Notes under the pieces: model-generated
Databases searched by the model: none
What the model was told of the DNA's origin: nothing
Seen by the model: only the letters and a program-made list of their open reading frames with translations
Source: Candidatus Aenigmatarchaeota archaeon
Lineage (GTDB): Archaea; Aenigmatarchaeota; Aenigmatarchaeia; QMZP01
Length of the DNA: 64,000 nucleotides
Direction: 5' to 3'
Assembly: GCA_043824495.1 (NCBI GenBank)
Contig: JBDRSV010000024.1
Span: 91,056-155,055, forward strand
Position numbers and translations under genes: made by a program
In this document: positions 19,630-30,294 of the stretch, in pieces
Numbering within the stretch: the stretch's first letter is position 1
Layout of the letters: each line of letters begins with the position of its first letter

Positions 19630-20176
19630 GGATTTTTATTCCTTAGGTTGTGAGGGAAATATGACCCTCCGGGTTTGTTTTTCGATTAGTTTCTGATTGT
19701 TTGTCGTTTACCACGTTTCCAAGTTAAGGTCCGCGAATCGCTATTTTCATTGGCATCCTCTCTTTGGGTTAATGTTGTCCGCACAAATTGCGGGATTAAA
19801 AGAAGGAAAGACACAAAAGATAGAGTATGTCTTATGTAGACTGAGAGTAAAATCATTCGAAGAATAAAGCTAATACTATTAAAACAAACATGCATGTTTG
19901 ATGTGTTTCTTTTCATGTTTTTTGTGTTAGCCAATGTACCGTTTCTATGGTTAATTGGATTGATTGAGTTGCAATCAATACAAATTTAAATGATGTTCGA
20001 ATGAGTAGCATGATTTAAATTGTATACAAAAATTGACGTTGATTCATCGTCGTTTTTTTGTGTTTTGGTATTTTTTTTGATTCTAGCTTGTCGCTTTTGT
20101 CAAGTCTTTAACTCAAGTATATAGCTTACAGGTATTTAAATGTTTTCTAACACATTTTTTTTAATTTTCTTTCTTT

Positions 20177-20197
20177 TATCCCTTTAAATAGACATAT
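20177..20197 (+). repeat. Junction motif copy 3 (TATCCCTTTAAATAGACATAT), at the left edge of the ORF-free GC-rich region
   Basis: Forward orientation, followed by a weak AACGGGCG...CGCCCGTT inverted repeat with a ~38-nt loop. Confidence 0.55.
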
Positions 20198-23100
20198 AAA
20201 AAGGCAAACGGGCGAAGATTTGGAGCCAAACTCTTCTTGATGTCTCACCTCCGCCCGTTAAATGCCGTTGTCCGGCCTATCAATTTACCCGCCGGTTAGG
20301 TGAGCACATGTGCTCGTGTCCCAGAGGCGCATGTTTTCATGCCCTCCTTTGCCGGGTTCTTACGCGAACGTGCTGCTTGACCGAGATAATGTAGCTGCCA
20401 GATTCCCCACAACCTTGTTATTGGTGGAACCGCGACAGCGGTCGGTCCAGTCCGTATGCATCGTAGCCTCACTTGGTGAAGGACTGCGAATCAAGAGACG
20501 GGGATTCAGAAGAATCCCCGTCTCACGAGTTGACGGTTGGTACGAGATATATCAAAGGAAGTCTTTATGCCATTGGGTGCATTCCGAAACCTTTAGCCTC
20601 GTCCGTCTCCGAGGGATCCTATCAAAGGTTTCATAAAGGAAATTTCATGGACCTCGTTACGATAGGATCGGAGTGGCGTAAAGCCACGGCCAGAACCTCG
20701 AGGTCCCCCAGGATAAGATCACCGTTTGAATATGAGTCAGCGGTGAACGTAAGGGTGCTGGCGATTCTTCTTCGCATTCAAACCCTCCAGGGAACACTTC
20801 GTAATTTGTGTTGTCAGCGGCTGTTTACGAATCGGCGGTGATCGTTTCCACCACGGTACATGTCGGCGTGGTGACAAACGATGAAGAAGCGACTTCAAAA
20901 CGCGCGCGGCCATTGCTCGGCGGCGGCGAATGAGCCCAGGCATTGACGGCGGTCGCGGCGGTATTCATCCAGGAAGCGACCACTGGTGACCCGCGAAGGG
21001 TCGGTAATCGGTTCATAGAGCAAGCTCCATTTCTTCCGATAGGAAAATTCCAATCCACTTTACAAACTCTCGCCTAAACAGAAAGTATTGTCACATAACT
21101 TTCCGTCGCAAAAGAGAATGTGAAGAGGAAACAATTTCGTACACCTCGTCAAGAGATCGTCTCCATTTTCACCCTACATGGGCTAGGCGAGAGGATAGAC
21201 CAGTTGCTGATAGAGATGTAGAGGGAACCGTTTTCATCCGAAGATCTCTCCCGTCCCTCAGGGAGTAAGTTGCTCGTCCACCAGGTTCCCATACCAAGGG
21301 AGCTGGCAACTCTGCCATTCTCTCTATCCGACTCTCTGTTGTCATCGCCACTACGGCAACAACTCTTAGCCTATCCGGCGTAGGATTATGAGAGTGTAGA
21401 GCGAATTCCTCGTTCCATGTTTGTTCTGTATCGCTGCCTGTTATGATATCCAATCCTGAAAACGGGATTGGGTCAGCGGTATAAACAATACAGGAACCAT
21501 ATATGAGGTAGCAGAGTGTCATGATTCCCAGCATGACAACTCCTTACAAGGGCACATGGTTATATGGTAAATGCTCTCTCCGTCAACAAATCGTGCCCTC
21601 TAAGACATGTTTAGGAGAGAAAGGCGACAACTCATGAAGTGTTCTTCAGGTGGACCCGTCATCACTGTTATTGCGTTGACGGCCTTCTCCTTGACCCGGA
21701 CTTAGACGTGTGGCTTTCGGTGTTTTCGCGGCGCGTTTCTGCTGTTTTGGACTACGCTTCTTGTTGCTCGGAAGCCCGTCTCGGGCACCACCGTGACACG
21801 TCATGAAAGACCTCGTTTGTGAGGAGTTCAGTTCAAGCTTGTGCTGGAACTGTTTGGAACGAGGAATTGTTACTCTTTACGGCGAGCGATTGTGTGTCAT
21901 CGTAACTCCTTGACAATGGTTTCCACAAGCTCCAAAATAAAAAAGAGCTGTTGTTTTCAAATTCAGTTGGGAATCTCCTAGCCCGCCCCCAGAACTGACT
22001 AGAGGAGATCCCCAACTTTTGTACAGCGCACCCCGTGCATTGTTTTCAGGGTGGAGGGGCCCGGCGGTCAACTGAGCCCCTCACTGGACGAATCGGTCAC
22101 AGATAACATGTTACGCATTACCGACTCGAAATCTATGCCACGGCAGTAGATGGAAGTGGTCGCATCTACCGCCGGGCTTCACGACGTTGTGCATTTTGTC
22201 GCCTTCAGCCTTACACAACGCCGTTATTTCCCCACCCACAGGGAATTTAATATCGCGGGGCCTCACTCAGGAGACCCCGCTTCCGTTGGGTTTACTACCG
22301 AATTGTTCGGTAGCGTTCTTCCACGACAGACATACGCACATGCGCACGTCTTCATTTCTTTGAGGACCTACTCATCTCCGATTTGAGTAGGTCCTCGGCT
22401 CCCCACAACCCCCCGATCAGCACCGGGAATTTTTTTGAGGGGAAATCTGAGCAGATATCTCAGACTCCCCTCCCGTCAGGTCTACCGACCAGCACTTCCG
22501 GTTGGACGCCGGAAATTCTTTATTAGAAGGGGTTTCCCCTCTCCAAGAAACCCCTTCCTCTTCGGCGTAGCGCGTCTCACGCGCTTTAGTGCATCGATCC
22601 CCACCGATCAGGTAAAACCCTTGGATGGTTCTCTCCCCGAACCCCCACTGAAATATTTTGGAACCCCTCATAGATCCCCGTAATCTCCGAGAGGTTCCGA
22701 CAGCAGCACCATACAAATGGGACTACCGTGACAATCAAAAATACCGGAATCCACCGCGTCAGAAGAGGATTCCGGTATTCTACATCGCTGGTTGTGTTGA
22801 GAGCTTACCCCTTACTGGTCTTAACGAGTATGTTACGTCGGACTTCCTTTCACCAAATATACGGGTCACTACAGAATACCCGATCGATCCGCTTTGTTGT
22901 CTTAATCTCACCAGCGGATAGTGACGCGGTTACAGCCAGCGATTTCGCCTTTATACAACAGGCGTCTCCAAACCAAAATGGAAATTGGAGTTGTTGCTTC
23001 CACACTTCCGGATTTCCCCCTCCGGTAAACTCTAAGGTACTGATAGGTGACCGCTCGTGTTTCTTGTGTTCGCAATTGCCGATTGCATCAAGCTCTTCGT

Positions 23101-23949
23101 AGATCTAGATCTGGAAGTAATTAGCAAACGATCACAATAAACAGACAACTGGGAGAAGTCCATTTCTACCAGTACCTGGATTTTCTAACCCTCGGGAGGT
23201 GTGTACAAGCCTAAGCAGAGTTTGTCCTGTTGAATTGGCCCCGAGGGTAAGTGGCCTTCCGGAAGAGAATTGGTGAGGTCCTGTAACAGAACTCTATCTC
23301 ATTCCGGGGTAAAGCTCAAGGCACAGCCAGAAGGAGACGTATTACCTTGAGAAGTTGGTCTCCCGAGTGAAGAAATTCGAGATGTCCCATCGATGAAGGA
23401 CATCTCTTCTCCACTCGGGCTCATTCGTCAGCCTGGAAGGAGAAGTGCAAGAGTTTTCGCGCAATTACTCTCTCTCCTCCCGGGAAATTTATGACCTCCT
23501 GGTCCGAAACTTGTGCCGCGGTAAACCAGAAGGCGTAACTGCTAGGCTATGTGACGGCCACAGCAGTAGGGATCGAATCCAATACACGAAAGACAGCTAA
23601 GACTAACTCTGTCTCGTGTGGTTTACGAGTAAAATTCAGAAATCGATAGTCTTCGGCCTCTTCGAGGGAAACTGCTTAAGCGCTTAATTGCAGCGCGTTA
23701 TGTTTCCTGGTAAGTGACCTGTTCTCTAGGATGTACCGAAGGCTAACTTAGTTAGTCTCGGGAAATTCGCGTGTGATTGGTAGAAATGAAACATGAAATG
23801 TCCTTATATATAAATGTAATTTAATTACTTAAATAGGTTGATGGATAGCTTTAAAAAGGTACTATTAAAATTATTTTTTTGTGAAGGGATCGATATACCA
23901 AGTGCTTCCAAAAATAAAGAGTAGAAAAAAATAAGAGTGAAAAAAGCAA

Positions 23950-25992
23950 TTAACCAATGAATTCAACCTTTTCAAAACTGCCGTTTTCTTCAAATTTGTC
24001 TAATGTTGATACGAAAATTATTACTTTTTTCTTGTCTTCTTTACAGATTCTAGCTGCTTGTTGTATTACCATGTTCTTGATTCTGTCTGAAGCACATATG
24101 AAATGATTGCTTTGTTTCAAGTCCTGATAAATTAATTCTCTATCATCTGTGTCTTCAACCATTATAGTTAATTCTTTTCCATCGTTCTGTAAATATATTC
24201 TGTTACCTTCTTGTTCACTCTTCCATCCGACTTCATTAAAGGTCTGCATGATACCTGTTAAGTTCAATTCTTTTTTCTGTGTTGAGTTACCAAATTTATT
24301 AGTGAAAACTTTCTCTCCTATATTTGTAAGAAAGTAATAACATAATCTATTCTTCTTAACTTTAGCATCAGCTGAATCAACTAATCCGTTATAAGTTAAG
24401 TTCTCAACCTTTTTCTTGAAAGTTGCTCCTGACATTTTTACATTTGTGTATATCTGAGATGTGTAAGCAGCACTACCATTACCAATGGTTTTCATCATAG
24501 CCCACTCTTGTTCTCCTAAATCCTCAATTGGAAGAGAGTTTATGAATTCTTCTTCCTTTACTGGAGGAGGTGAGTAGCTATCTTCTTTAGCTATTCTGTC
24601 TTTCATGTGCTCTCTGATATCATCATCTACAATAGAGTTCTTAACCAGTTTAGCCTTGTCGAATTTTACAAGGAATGGTTCTGGGAAATTCATAGAGTGT
24701 CTCAAAAGCATGAAACCGTGACCTACTGGCAGTCTTCTTAGATACTTACCTTCTTCTCTAGAATCAAGACCAAGCATGTTTGAAGCGTCTTGAATATCTG
24801 AAGTATGTTTTGTATCCAAACCTAGATTCATGTATATATGAGTAGAAGTATTACCAATTGCTGGATATGAAACTAAAGATGGATGCTGATCTATGTATAT
24901 CATTCCTAATCCTAATTCTCTAATTTCTCTAAATATTAATTCTACAACGGTTTCTGATCCTAATTTGGCAGATTTTTCTCTGTTAAGAACATGATGAGCT
25001 TCTTCCATCACTATACATCCTATGACTTCTTCTTTTCCGCCTTCTACGAGTAACCAATCTCTTATCCACTGTAGAATTATTTCTATGATAAAGCTCTTAT
25101 CATTAACATCAAGAGCATCTAATTCTAGAATTGTTACCTTTCCTTTCTTGAAGAAATCAGATGGTTTTATACCTTCTACACAGTCGAATATATGACCTGT
25201 GTCTTTGAAGCATAATGACTCTAATGGTCTTTCAGCTGTTGCTAACCAGTTTCTTTCTCTTGTTGGCAGCTTACCTTCTGCATATTCTGCTAAGTAATCT
25301 TTAAGGTCAAACAGTGTTGGATTTTTCTTTTCCTTGAAAACTCCATCTAAAGCTTTCAAGATTACGTGTCTTCCACCACCGAGTAACCAGTAAGAATGAT
25401 CGAATATTGAAGAGAACTCTTTCATCCACTGTGTTTGACTAATTCCTTTAGGACCTTTCAGTGGATTGAATTTGAAAGGAGCTACGCCTCTTCCGATTGT
25501 GTAAATATCTATTTTGTCTTTAATTTTAGTTGATAGTAAATCTTTATAATTTCTCTTAGAGAAATCAAATATCAAAACAGGAATATCCTTTTCTGCTAAT
25601 TCTTCAATTAAGTTATATGAAATATTTGTTTTACCATAACCAGATGAACCAAATATTCCTATATGTGTAAGTAAGTTTTTCTCTTCTAGCATGATTGGAT
25701 ATAAACCCTTTCTTCCGTATAAAACATCACCTAATCTAATTGTTCCTTTAGCTGCTGCTTCTTGGCTAGGAGGTTCCATTAGTACTGTATCTCTTAGATC
25801 TTCATCAGCAGAAACTGCGGCTTTTATAACATCAAGTAGTTCGAAGATTCTTTGTCTTACATCTTCGTTTCCAACTAAGTAAGCTTTACTTAATCTCAAA
25901 GCTTTGTCTTTACCCAAGATTGGAGTAAGCTTCTTAATTTCATCTGCAATTAGTTTTTCTTGAATATTAATCATTTGTACCACCCAAATCAT
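23950..25992 (-). CDS. HerA/DUF87-like P-loop ATPase (FtsK-HerA superfamily) with a C-terminal wHTH-like extension
   Basis: Walker A GIFGSSGYGKTN and Walker B-like IVMEEAHHV. 680 aa, in an AT-rich archaeal-like segment. Confidence 0.7.
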   Translation of the reverse strand: MIWVVQMINIQEKLIADEIKKLTPILGKDKALRLSKAYLVGNEDVRQRIFELLDVIKAAVSADEDLRDTVLMEPPSQEAAAKGTIRLGDVLYGRKGLYPIMLEEKNLLTHIGIFGSSGYGKTNISYNLIEELAEKDIPVLIFDFSKRNYKDLLSTKIKDKIDIYTIGRGVAPFKFNPLKGPKGISQTQWMKEFSSIFDHSYWLLGGGRHVILKALDGVFKEKKNPTLFDLKDYLAEYAEGKLPTRERNWLATAERPLESLCFKDTGHIFDCVEGIKPSDFFKKGKVTILELDALDVNDKSFIIEIILQWIRDWLLVEGGKEEVIGCIVMEEAHHVLNREKSAKLGSETVVELIFREIRELGLGMIYIDQHPSLVSYPAIGNTSTHIYMNLGLDTKHTSDIQDASNMLGLDSREEGKYLRRLPVGHGFMLLRHSMNFPEPFLVKFDKAKLVKNSIVDDDIREHMKDRIAKEDSYSPPPVKEEEFINSLPIEDLGEQEWAMMKTIGNGSAAYTSQIYTNVKMSGATFKKKVENLTYNGLVDSADAKVKKNRLCYYFLTNIGEKVFTNKFGNSTQKKELNLTGIMQTFNEVGWKSEQEGNRIYLQNDGKELTIMVEDTDDRELIYQDLKQSNHFICASDRIKNMVIQQAARICKEDKKKVIIFVSTLDKFEENGSFEKVEFIG

Positions 25993-26515
25993 TAAAGATC
26001 TTTAAGATCTTATTTTCTGTTTGTAGTTGTTCCAGGAGCTCTCTTAGCTCTGTTTTTAATTCTAATCCATCTCTCCAAAAAAGAATATTTTCTTGTCTTT
26101 TTTCTTTTCTGAGAATAGAAACATCAAGTTTGAAATTTCTCTTTTCATCGATGTCTGTGATATGATTCATCATATCGTCTTTTTCTTCGATGTCTTCTTC
26201 AATTTCTTTTAAGAATGTTTTGTGGAGAACTTCTCTTTCTTTCATAGTGTTTTCAATTTCACTAACTCTTATTTGCAAGAATTCTACTTTATCGAATAAG
26301 CTTCCAATAACTAGAGGATCATCTCTTTTTAGAGCAGTGAGTTTACTTTCTTCAAATCTTGGCATTGATCTTTTCTTAATAATTTGAACTTCTCTAACTT
26401 CGGGTTCATCTAGATCAATCTCATCATGTCTAATTAAAGACTCACGTCTTCTCTTTTTTGTAATGTCTTCATACTCGTCAAGAGTTTTATAATAGGGTTC
26501 CATTAATCTGTCCAT
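25967..26515 (-). CDS. Coiled-coil protein, partner of the HerA-like ATPase
   Basis: Highly charged and heptad-rich (EIENTMKEREVLHKTFLKEIEEDIEEKDD...). Its stop overlaps the ATPase start, so the two form an operon. Confidence 0.5.
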   Translation of the reverse strand: MDRLMEPYYKTLDEYEDITKKRRRESLIRHDEIDLDEPEVREVQIIKKRSMPRFEESKLTALKRDDPLVIGSLFDKVEFLQIRVSEIENTMKEREVLHKTFLKEIEEDIEEKDDMMNHITDIDEKRNFKLDVSILRKEKRQENILFWRDGLELKTELRELLEQLQTENKILKIFNDLGGTND

Positions 26516-27377
26516 AATAATTACCTCGAGTGACCATTTGTCACTATCTGATAGTTAAAATATGTATAAAGGGTTTATAAAGCTTTCGGTTAGCTTGCAG
26601 TGTGCTGTTTTTGAGCGTAAAAATCGTGTACGAAAGACAATTTTCTTGGGTTTCCATGACTTTTGTGCCAACGAAAGACATATTCTGTCTTTAGTAAGAG
26701 AGTTAATAAAGATTTCTGTCTCGCGCCTTATAAAGGATCCGAATTGGATATTTTATATAGTAATTAATTACTATTGTAGAGATCTTTATTTACTTAAGTC
26801 TTTACATAAATAATTCTCAAATACTTTTTGTCTTTGCTAAAGTTTAATGCAGATTTTCCTCGAAACTTTTGTGGAAATTCTTGAAATCAAATGTCTTCTA
26901 GTTTTGCTAGAGCTTTTGAAGACATGGAAACTCTCATAAAACCCCAACCGAAAAGTATTTAAACCCTTTGACTATAATTTCACTATAGATTAGTGACAAC
27001 AAATTAAGAAATGTCTGAGTTATGTGTGGTGTCAAATCCTACATAACTATCTTTACAATCTACGCAACTTTGAATAAAAAGAATTTCGGGTTAAACTCGC
27101 AATTCTAAACTCAGAGAAATTGAGTGCACAGGAATTTAGGCGCGGCCTAAAATCCCCATAAGAAATCCAAAAAAATGACACGCTTTGTGTCAAAAAATGT
27201 GATTTGAGGGGGTTTGATTTCCTTAGCTCTGAGTATCTACTTTTCGAAAACCACGAAGACTCGCGTAACAATTCTAAGCAATAAATATAGTGAAATTCCA
27301 GACTTCTGTAGACTTTCGCTGTCTGACATAGAAATTAACAAGTTGACAATAAACGGAAACTTCTGGGAGGGATTGTC

Positions 27378-27740
27378 ATGAGAAATATCATGAGCTGTGT
27401 TTTCCTGCTGCTCACATTATTCCTGGTGAGTTGTGCGAAAAGTGGTCCGGAGCTGGGGAGTGATATCCGGATCAGTGGAACAATCGTCGACATGAGCGAA
27501 GGAGGTAGTAGGGATTTCCTGATCCAGTCCGGAGGAAAACTCTACCATTTCGGTACTCGACTGCAATTTAAATGGAGTAAACTTCGTGCGGGACATTACG
27601 TCACCGTGGATGGGAAGTTTGGGGGACCGTGCGAGGAAGCCTCAATGTTCAGACGCTACATGTACGACGACGAAGGGAACTTCATCAAGTCCCTCGAGGT
27701 CTATGACATCATCCATGTTTCGAACGTGGAGAGGCAGTGA
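27378..27740 (+). CDS. Putative lipoprotein (hypothetical)
   Basis: MRNIMSCVFLLLTLFLVSCAKS is a lipobox signal. A TTGACAATAAAC promoter-like element lies ~35 nt upstream. Confidence 0.5.
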   Translation: MRNIMSCVFLLLTLFLVSCAKSGPELGSDIRISGTIVDMSEGGSRDFLIQSGGKLYHFGTRLQFKWSKLRAGHYVTVDGKFGGPCEEASMFRRYMYDDEGNFIKSLEVYDIIHVSNVERQ

Positions 27741-28240
27741 TCCCACTGAGTTCATCCAATTCATCGGGTGGACCCAGATGAGATTATTGTCTAAAGGCTA
27801 AATCAGCAGGCCTTGAATTGTTGGTAGGGATCATTGGAAGATTCCCAAAAACATGGCAAGGAGGGCAACATGTCGCAGGGAACCAAAAACACCAAAGACA
27901 CAGGAACAAGAGCGTTTCTGGTTATCGACGGAACTACAGGAGACCTCATTCCTGTGAAAGCATCGTCTGGACGAAAAGCTGAGCAAATCGCCGGCAGCGT
28001 AACCAGACAATCCCGCAAATAAAATTACCCACTGTGAATTCCCCAGGAGTATCATCCGCCCGGAAGATACTCTGTTCTCCCCCATACTACCATAGGCCAC
28101 ACGGAGCTCATCAGGTTTTCACTTGGTGGGCTCCAGTGAGATCTTTGGTGGTTAACGTTCCATAACCGTTTCATTCACAACCTTTTGCCGACCTTGTCTG
28201 CATTGCAGCTCAAGGAAGTGTGTAAAGGAAGGAGAGTGTC

Positions 28241-28942
28241 ATGTTATTGCATGTAACAGTAATAAGCCGCGGAGACAGAACAACGATCGATGTTCCCAGA
28301 ACAGAATTCAACTGGGATACCAATCAATGTCGCGTAGTTGAAGGTGCAGAGGAAGCTGAAAGAAATCTCGGGGTGGCGGAGAATCTCGAAATCCGTAAAC
28401 CCGCGGCTTACCAGGGACCCTATTTATACTGTATTGTAGAGGTGGGGTTCGAGGAAATTTGTTTTCCCCCGACTTTCCTCAAGTGGATCGAGAATGTTCC
28501 CGAGGATGAGAAAAGAGCCATCCTTATCGTTCCCACCAAAACCATCCGAAAGGCCGATGATAGTCACTATATGGGATCTATAGATCGTTATAGGTATTAT
28601 CCTCATGGTGAAGTCTTCCTGATTGGTCGCAGAATCATCGTGAGGAACATCTACCTATCACCTGATAACATCAAGATGGTGGTGGATAAAATCCTTGCCC
28701 GACTGAGTGACGGCCTGTTCCTCCGGTTGGCCTTTGAGTTTCTCCAGGCTACGCCGATCAGTGACAATCCTACGGTGACTGGAGAACATATCACCATGTT
28801 GGATAATCTCTTCACGGGGACGCGTTCCCTTCGGAGAGGAGATTCAACTCGTCGCGAACGGTTCAATCATGTTCGGGCCGTGATTGGACATATGGCCAAA
28901 CACGGGATAGTTCTGTCTGGCAAGATCGAACCCGTGAAGTAA
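28241..28942 (+). CDS. Hypothetical protein
   Basis: Preceded by a strong SD (AAGGAAGGAGAG). The upstream leader is conserved with the one before 32758. GC-rich. Confidence 0.5.
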   Translation: MLLHVTVISRGDRTTIDVPRTEFNWDTNQCRVVEGAEEAERNLGVAENLEIRKPAAYQGPYLYCIVEVGFEEICFPPTFLKWIENVPEDEKRAILIVPTKTIRKADDSHYMGSIDRYRYYPHGEVFLIGRRIIVRNIYLSPDNIKMVVDKILARLSDGLFLRLAFEFLQATPISDNPTVTGEHITMLDNLFTGTRSLRRGDSTRRERFNHVRAVIGHMAKHGIVLSGKIEPVK

Positions 28943-28983
28943 TCAACGGCTTGGAAACCAAGTCAAATCAACGACAATGAAAG

Positions 28984-29316
28984 TTGAGGTGTAATATGAA
29001 TAGGCGAATACAGAGTATGATTGTGATGACTGCGACTTTGATAGCTGTTGCAGTCTTTCTCCAAGTCTCACAGCTTCACGCGGCACATTTGATGGCAACC
29101 GCAATTGCAATTGCGGTTGTGGTGATGATCGTTGTTAACATGGGAAGAGTTCCCAACACTCGGCAGAAGTTTCGGAACTTCTCTGTCGGAGCCGTTTTCG
29201 GGAGCATCTTCCTGTGGGAGTTGTTCAAGGTTACGTTCTTGAATCACCCTGCGGCTCTTTGGAGTGTGGTTGTACTCGGAGCTGCGGCAGTCTCATTTCT
29301 GACGTTCCGCCGGTAG
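28984..29316 (+). CDS. Small membrane protein (hypothetical)
   Basis: Three hydrophobic helices. Confidence 0.4.
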   Translation: MRCNMNRRIQSMIVMTATLIAVAVFLQVSQLHAAHLMATAIAIAVVVMIVVNMGRVPNTRQKFRNFSVGAVFGSIFLWELFKVTFLNHPAALWSVVVLGAAAVSFLTFRR

Positions 29317-29387
29317 TACTGAAGTTCACCGGGGATCCCGATCAATCTGGTTGGGATCCCCTCAACCTGACAATAAACTGTTGTTAA

Positions 29388-30233
29388 ATGTTCCATTACA
29401 CCAAGGAGGGCGCAATGCGTCACCAACGTTTCATCACCACAGTACTGGCACTCATGTTCTTGACTGTGCCGGCAATGTTCAGCAGTGCGGTTCTGGCCGA
29501 TCCGATTTCATCCGGAGACGGTCAAATGTATGTGGTCCAACAGGGAGATTGGTTGACGCGGCCGATCATCCCGACACTCTACTCGGATGTGTTGAAGCCA
29601 GGCGACTTGAAGAGTGCTCTCTGGATCGCTGACATCTTCGATACACTCAACATTAACATCACCCACCGCGACAAAATTCGGGCGTATGATACCATCATGG
29701 CGCCGTCATTCGCGGCGTTGAAGAAGTACAAACATCTCGCACCCGCCGACGTGGTCATCAACCTGTTCGCCACGTATGATATCGCGTCCATGGAACTTGT
29801 GGACGCCGAGTTTGTAAGAAAGCGCATCGAGGACTTTGAGGGTACTTACTGGTACAAAAATCGAGCCGCGTGGGCCCGAATTTTCGGAGTCGGTAATGGC
29901 ACGTATGTCTGCGGTGACACCGTGATGCCGTTCTCATGGTTCATGAGCTGCAATACGGACGGTAATACGGGAATGACTATCTCCATCTCCATGGACGAAG
30001 GAGATCTCACCGCAGTTCGCAAGGTTCCAGGTACACGTAACGGATTCTGGGGAGCCAGTCGTGACAATAAGTTCACATACGTGGGCTTCGGCAACGACTG
30101 GATCGATCGTTGCGACTGGAATGACGAGACCGAGAGCTGGGACATTCCACCAGTTCTGAATGAGATCGTCGGAACTCTCAACAACTTTCCATTCGTCCAG
30201 TATATGACCGTCGTCGCGTACGAACTGGAATAG
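29388..30233 (+). CDS. Secreted protein, paralog A (hypothetical)
   Basis: Signal peptide and TM region. The C-terminal region (FSWFMSCNTDGNTGMT) resembles the FAWVAWTNTDGNLQF region of the next gene. SD CAAGGAGGG. Confidence 0.55.
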   Translation: MFHYTKEGAMRHQRFITTVLALMFLTVPAMFSSAVLADPISSGDGQMYVVQQGDWLTRPIIPTLYSDVLKPGDLKSALWIADIFDTLNINITHRDKIRAYDTIMAPSFAALKKYKHLAPADVVINLFATYDIASMELVDAEFVRKRIEDFEGTYWYKNRAAWARIFGVGNGTYVCGDTVMPFSWFMSCNTDGNTGMTISISMDEGDLTAVRKVPGTRNGFWGASRDNKFTYVGFGNDWIDRCDWNDETESWDIPPVLNEIVGTLNNFPFVQYMTVVAYELE

Positions 30234-30294
30234 TTGTTACAGGGGATCCTGACCAATTCGGTTGGGATCCCTTCAACTTGACAATTAACGTAAC

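Noticed and set aside
19640-20176. Right-end copy of the junction motif for the 17661 block, and a possible inverted repeat CAAATTTAAATGATG...CATGATTTAAATTGT
   Set aside because: No inverse copy of the 21-bp motif is present. The AT-rich palindrome is imperfect and of low complexity, so it is not called.
20198-23750. Possible 16S or 23S rRNA gene
   Set aside because: A few 8-12-nt resemblances to rRNA core motifs exist. They are in inconsistent orientation and order, and the universal 5' and 3' terminal and 515/1492-type sequences are absent. An intact rRNA operon is rejected. A divergent fragment is not excluded.
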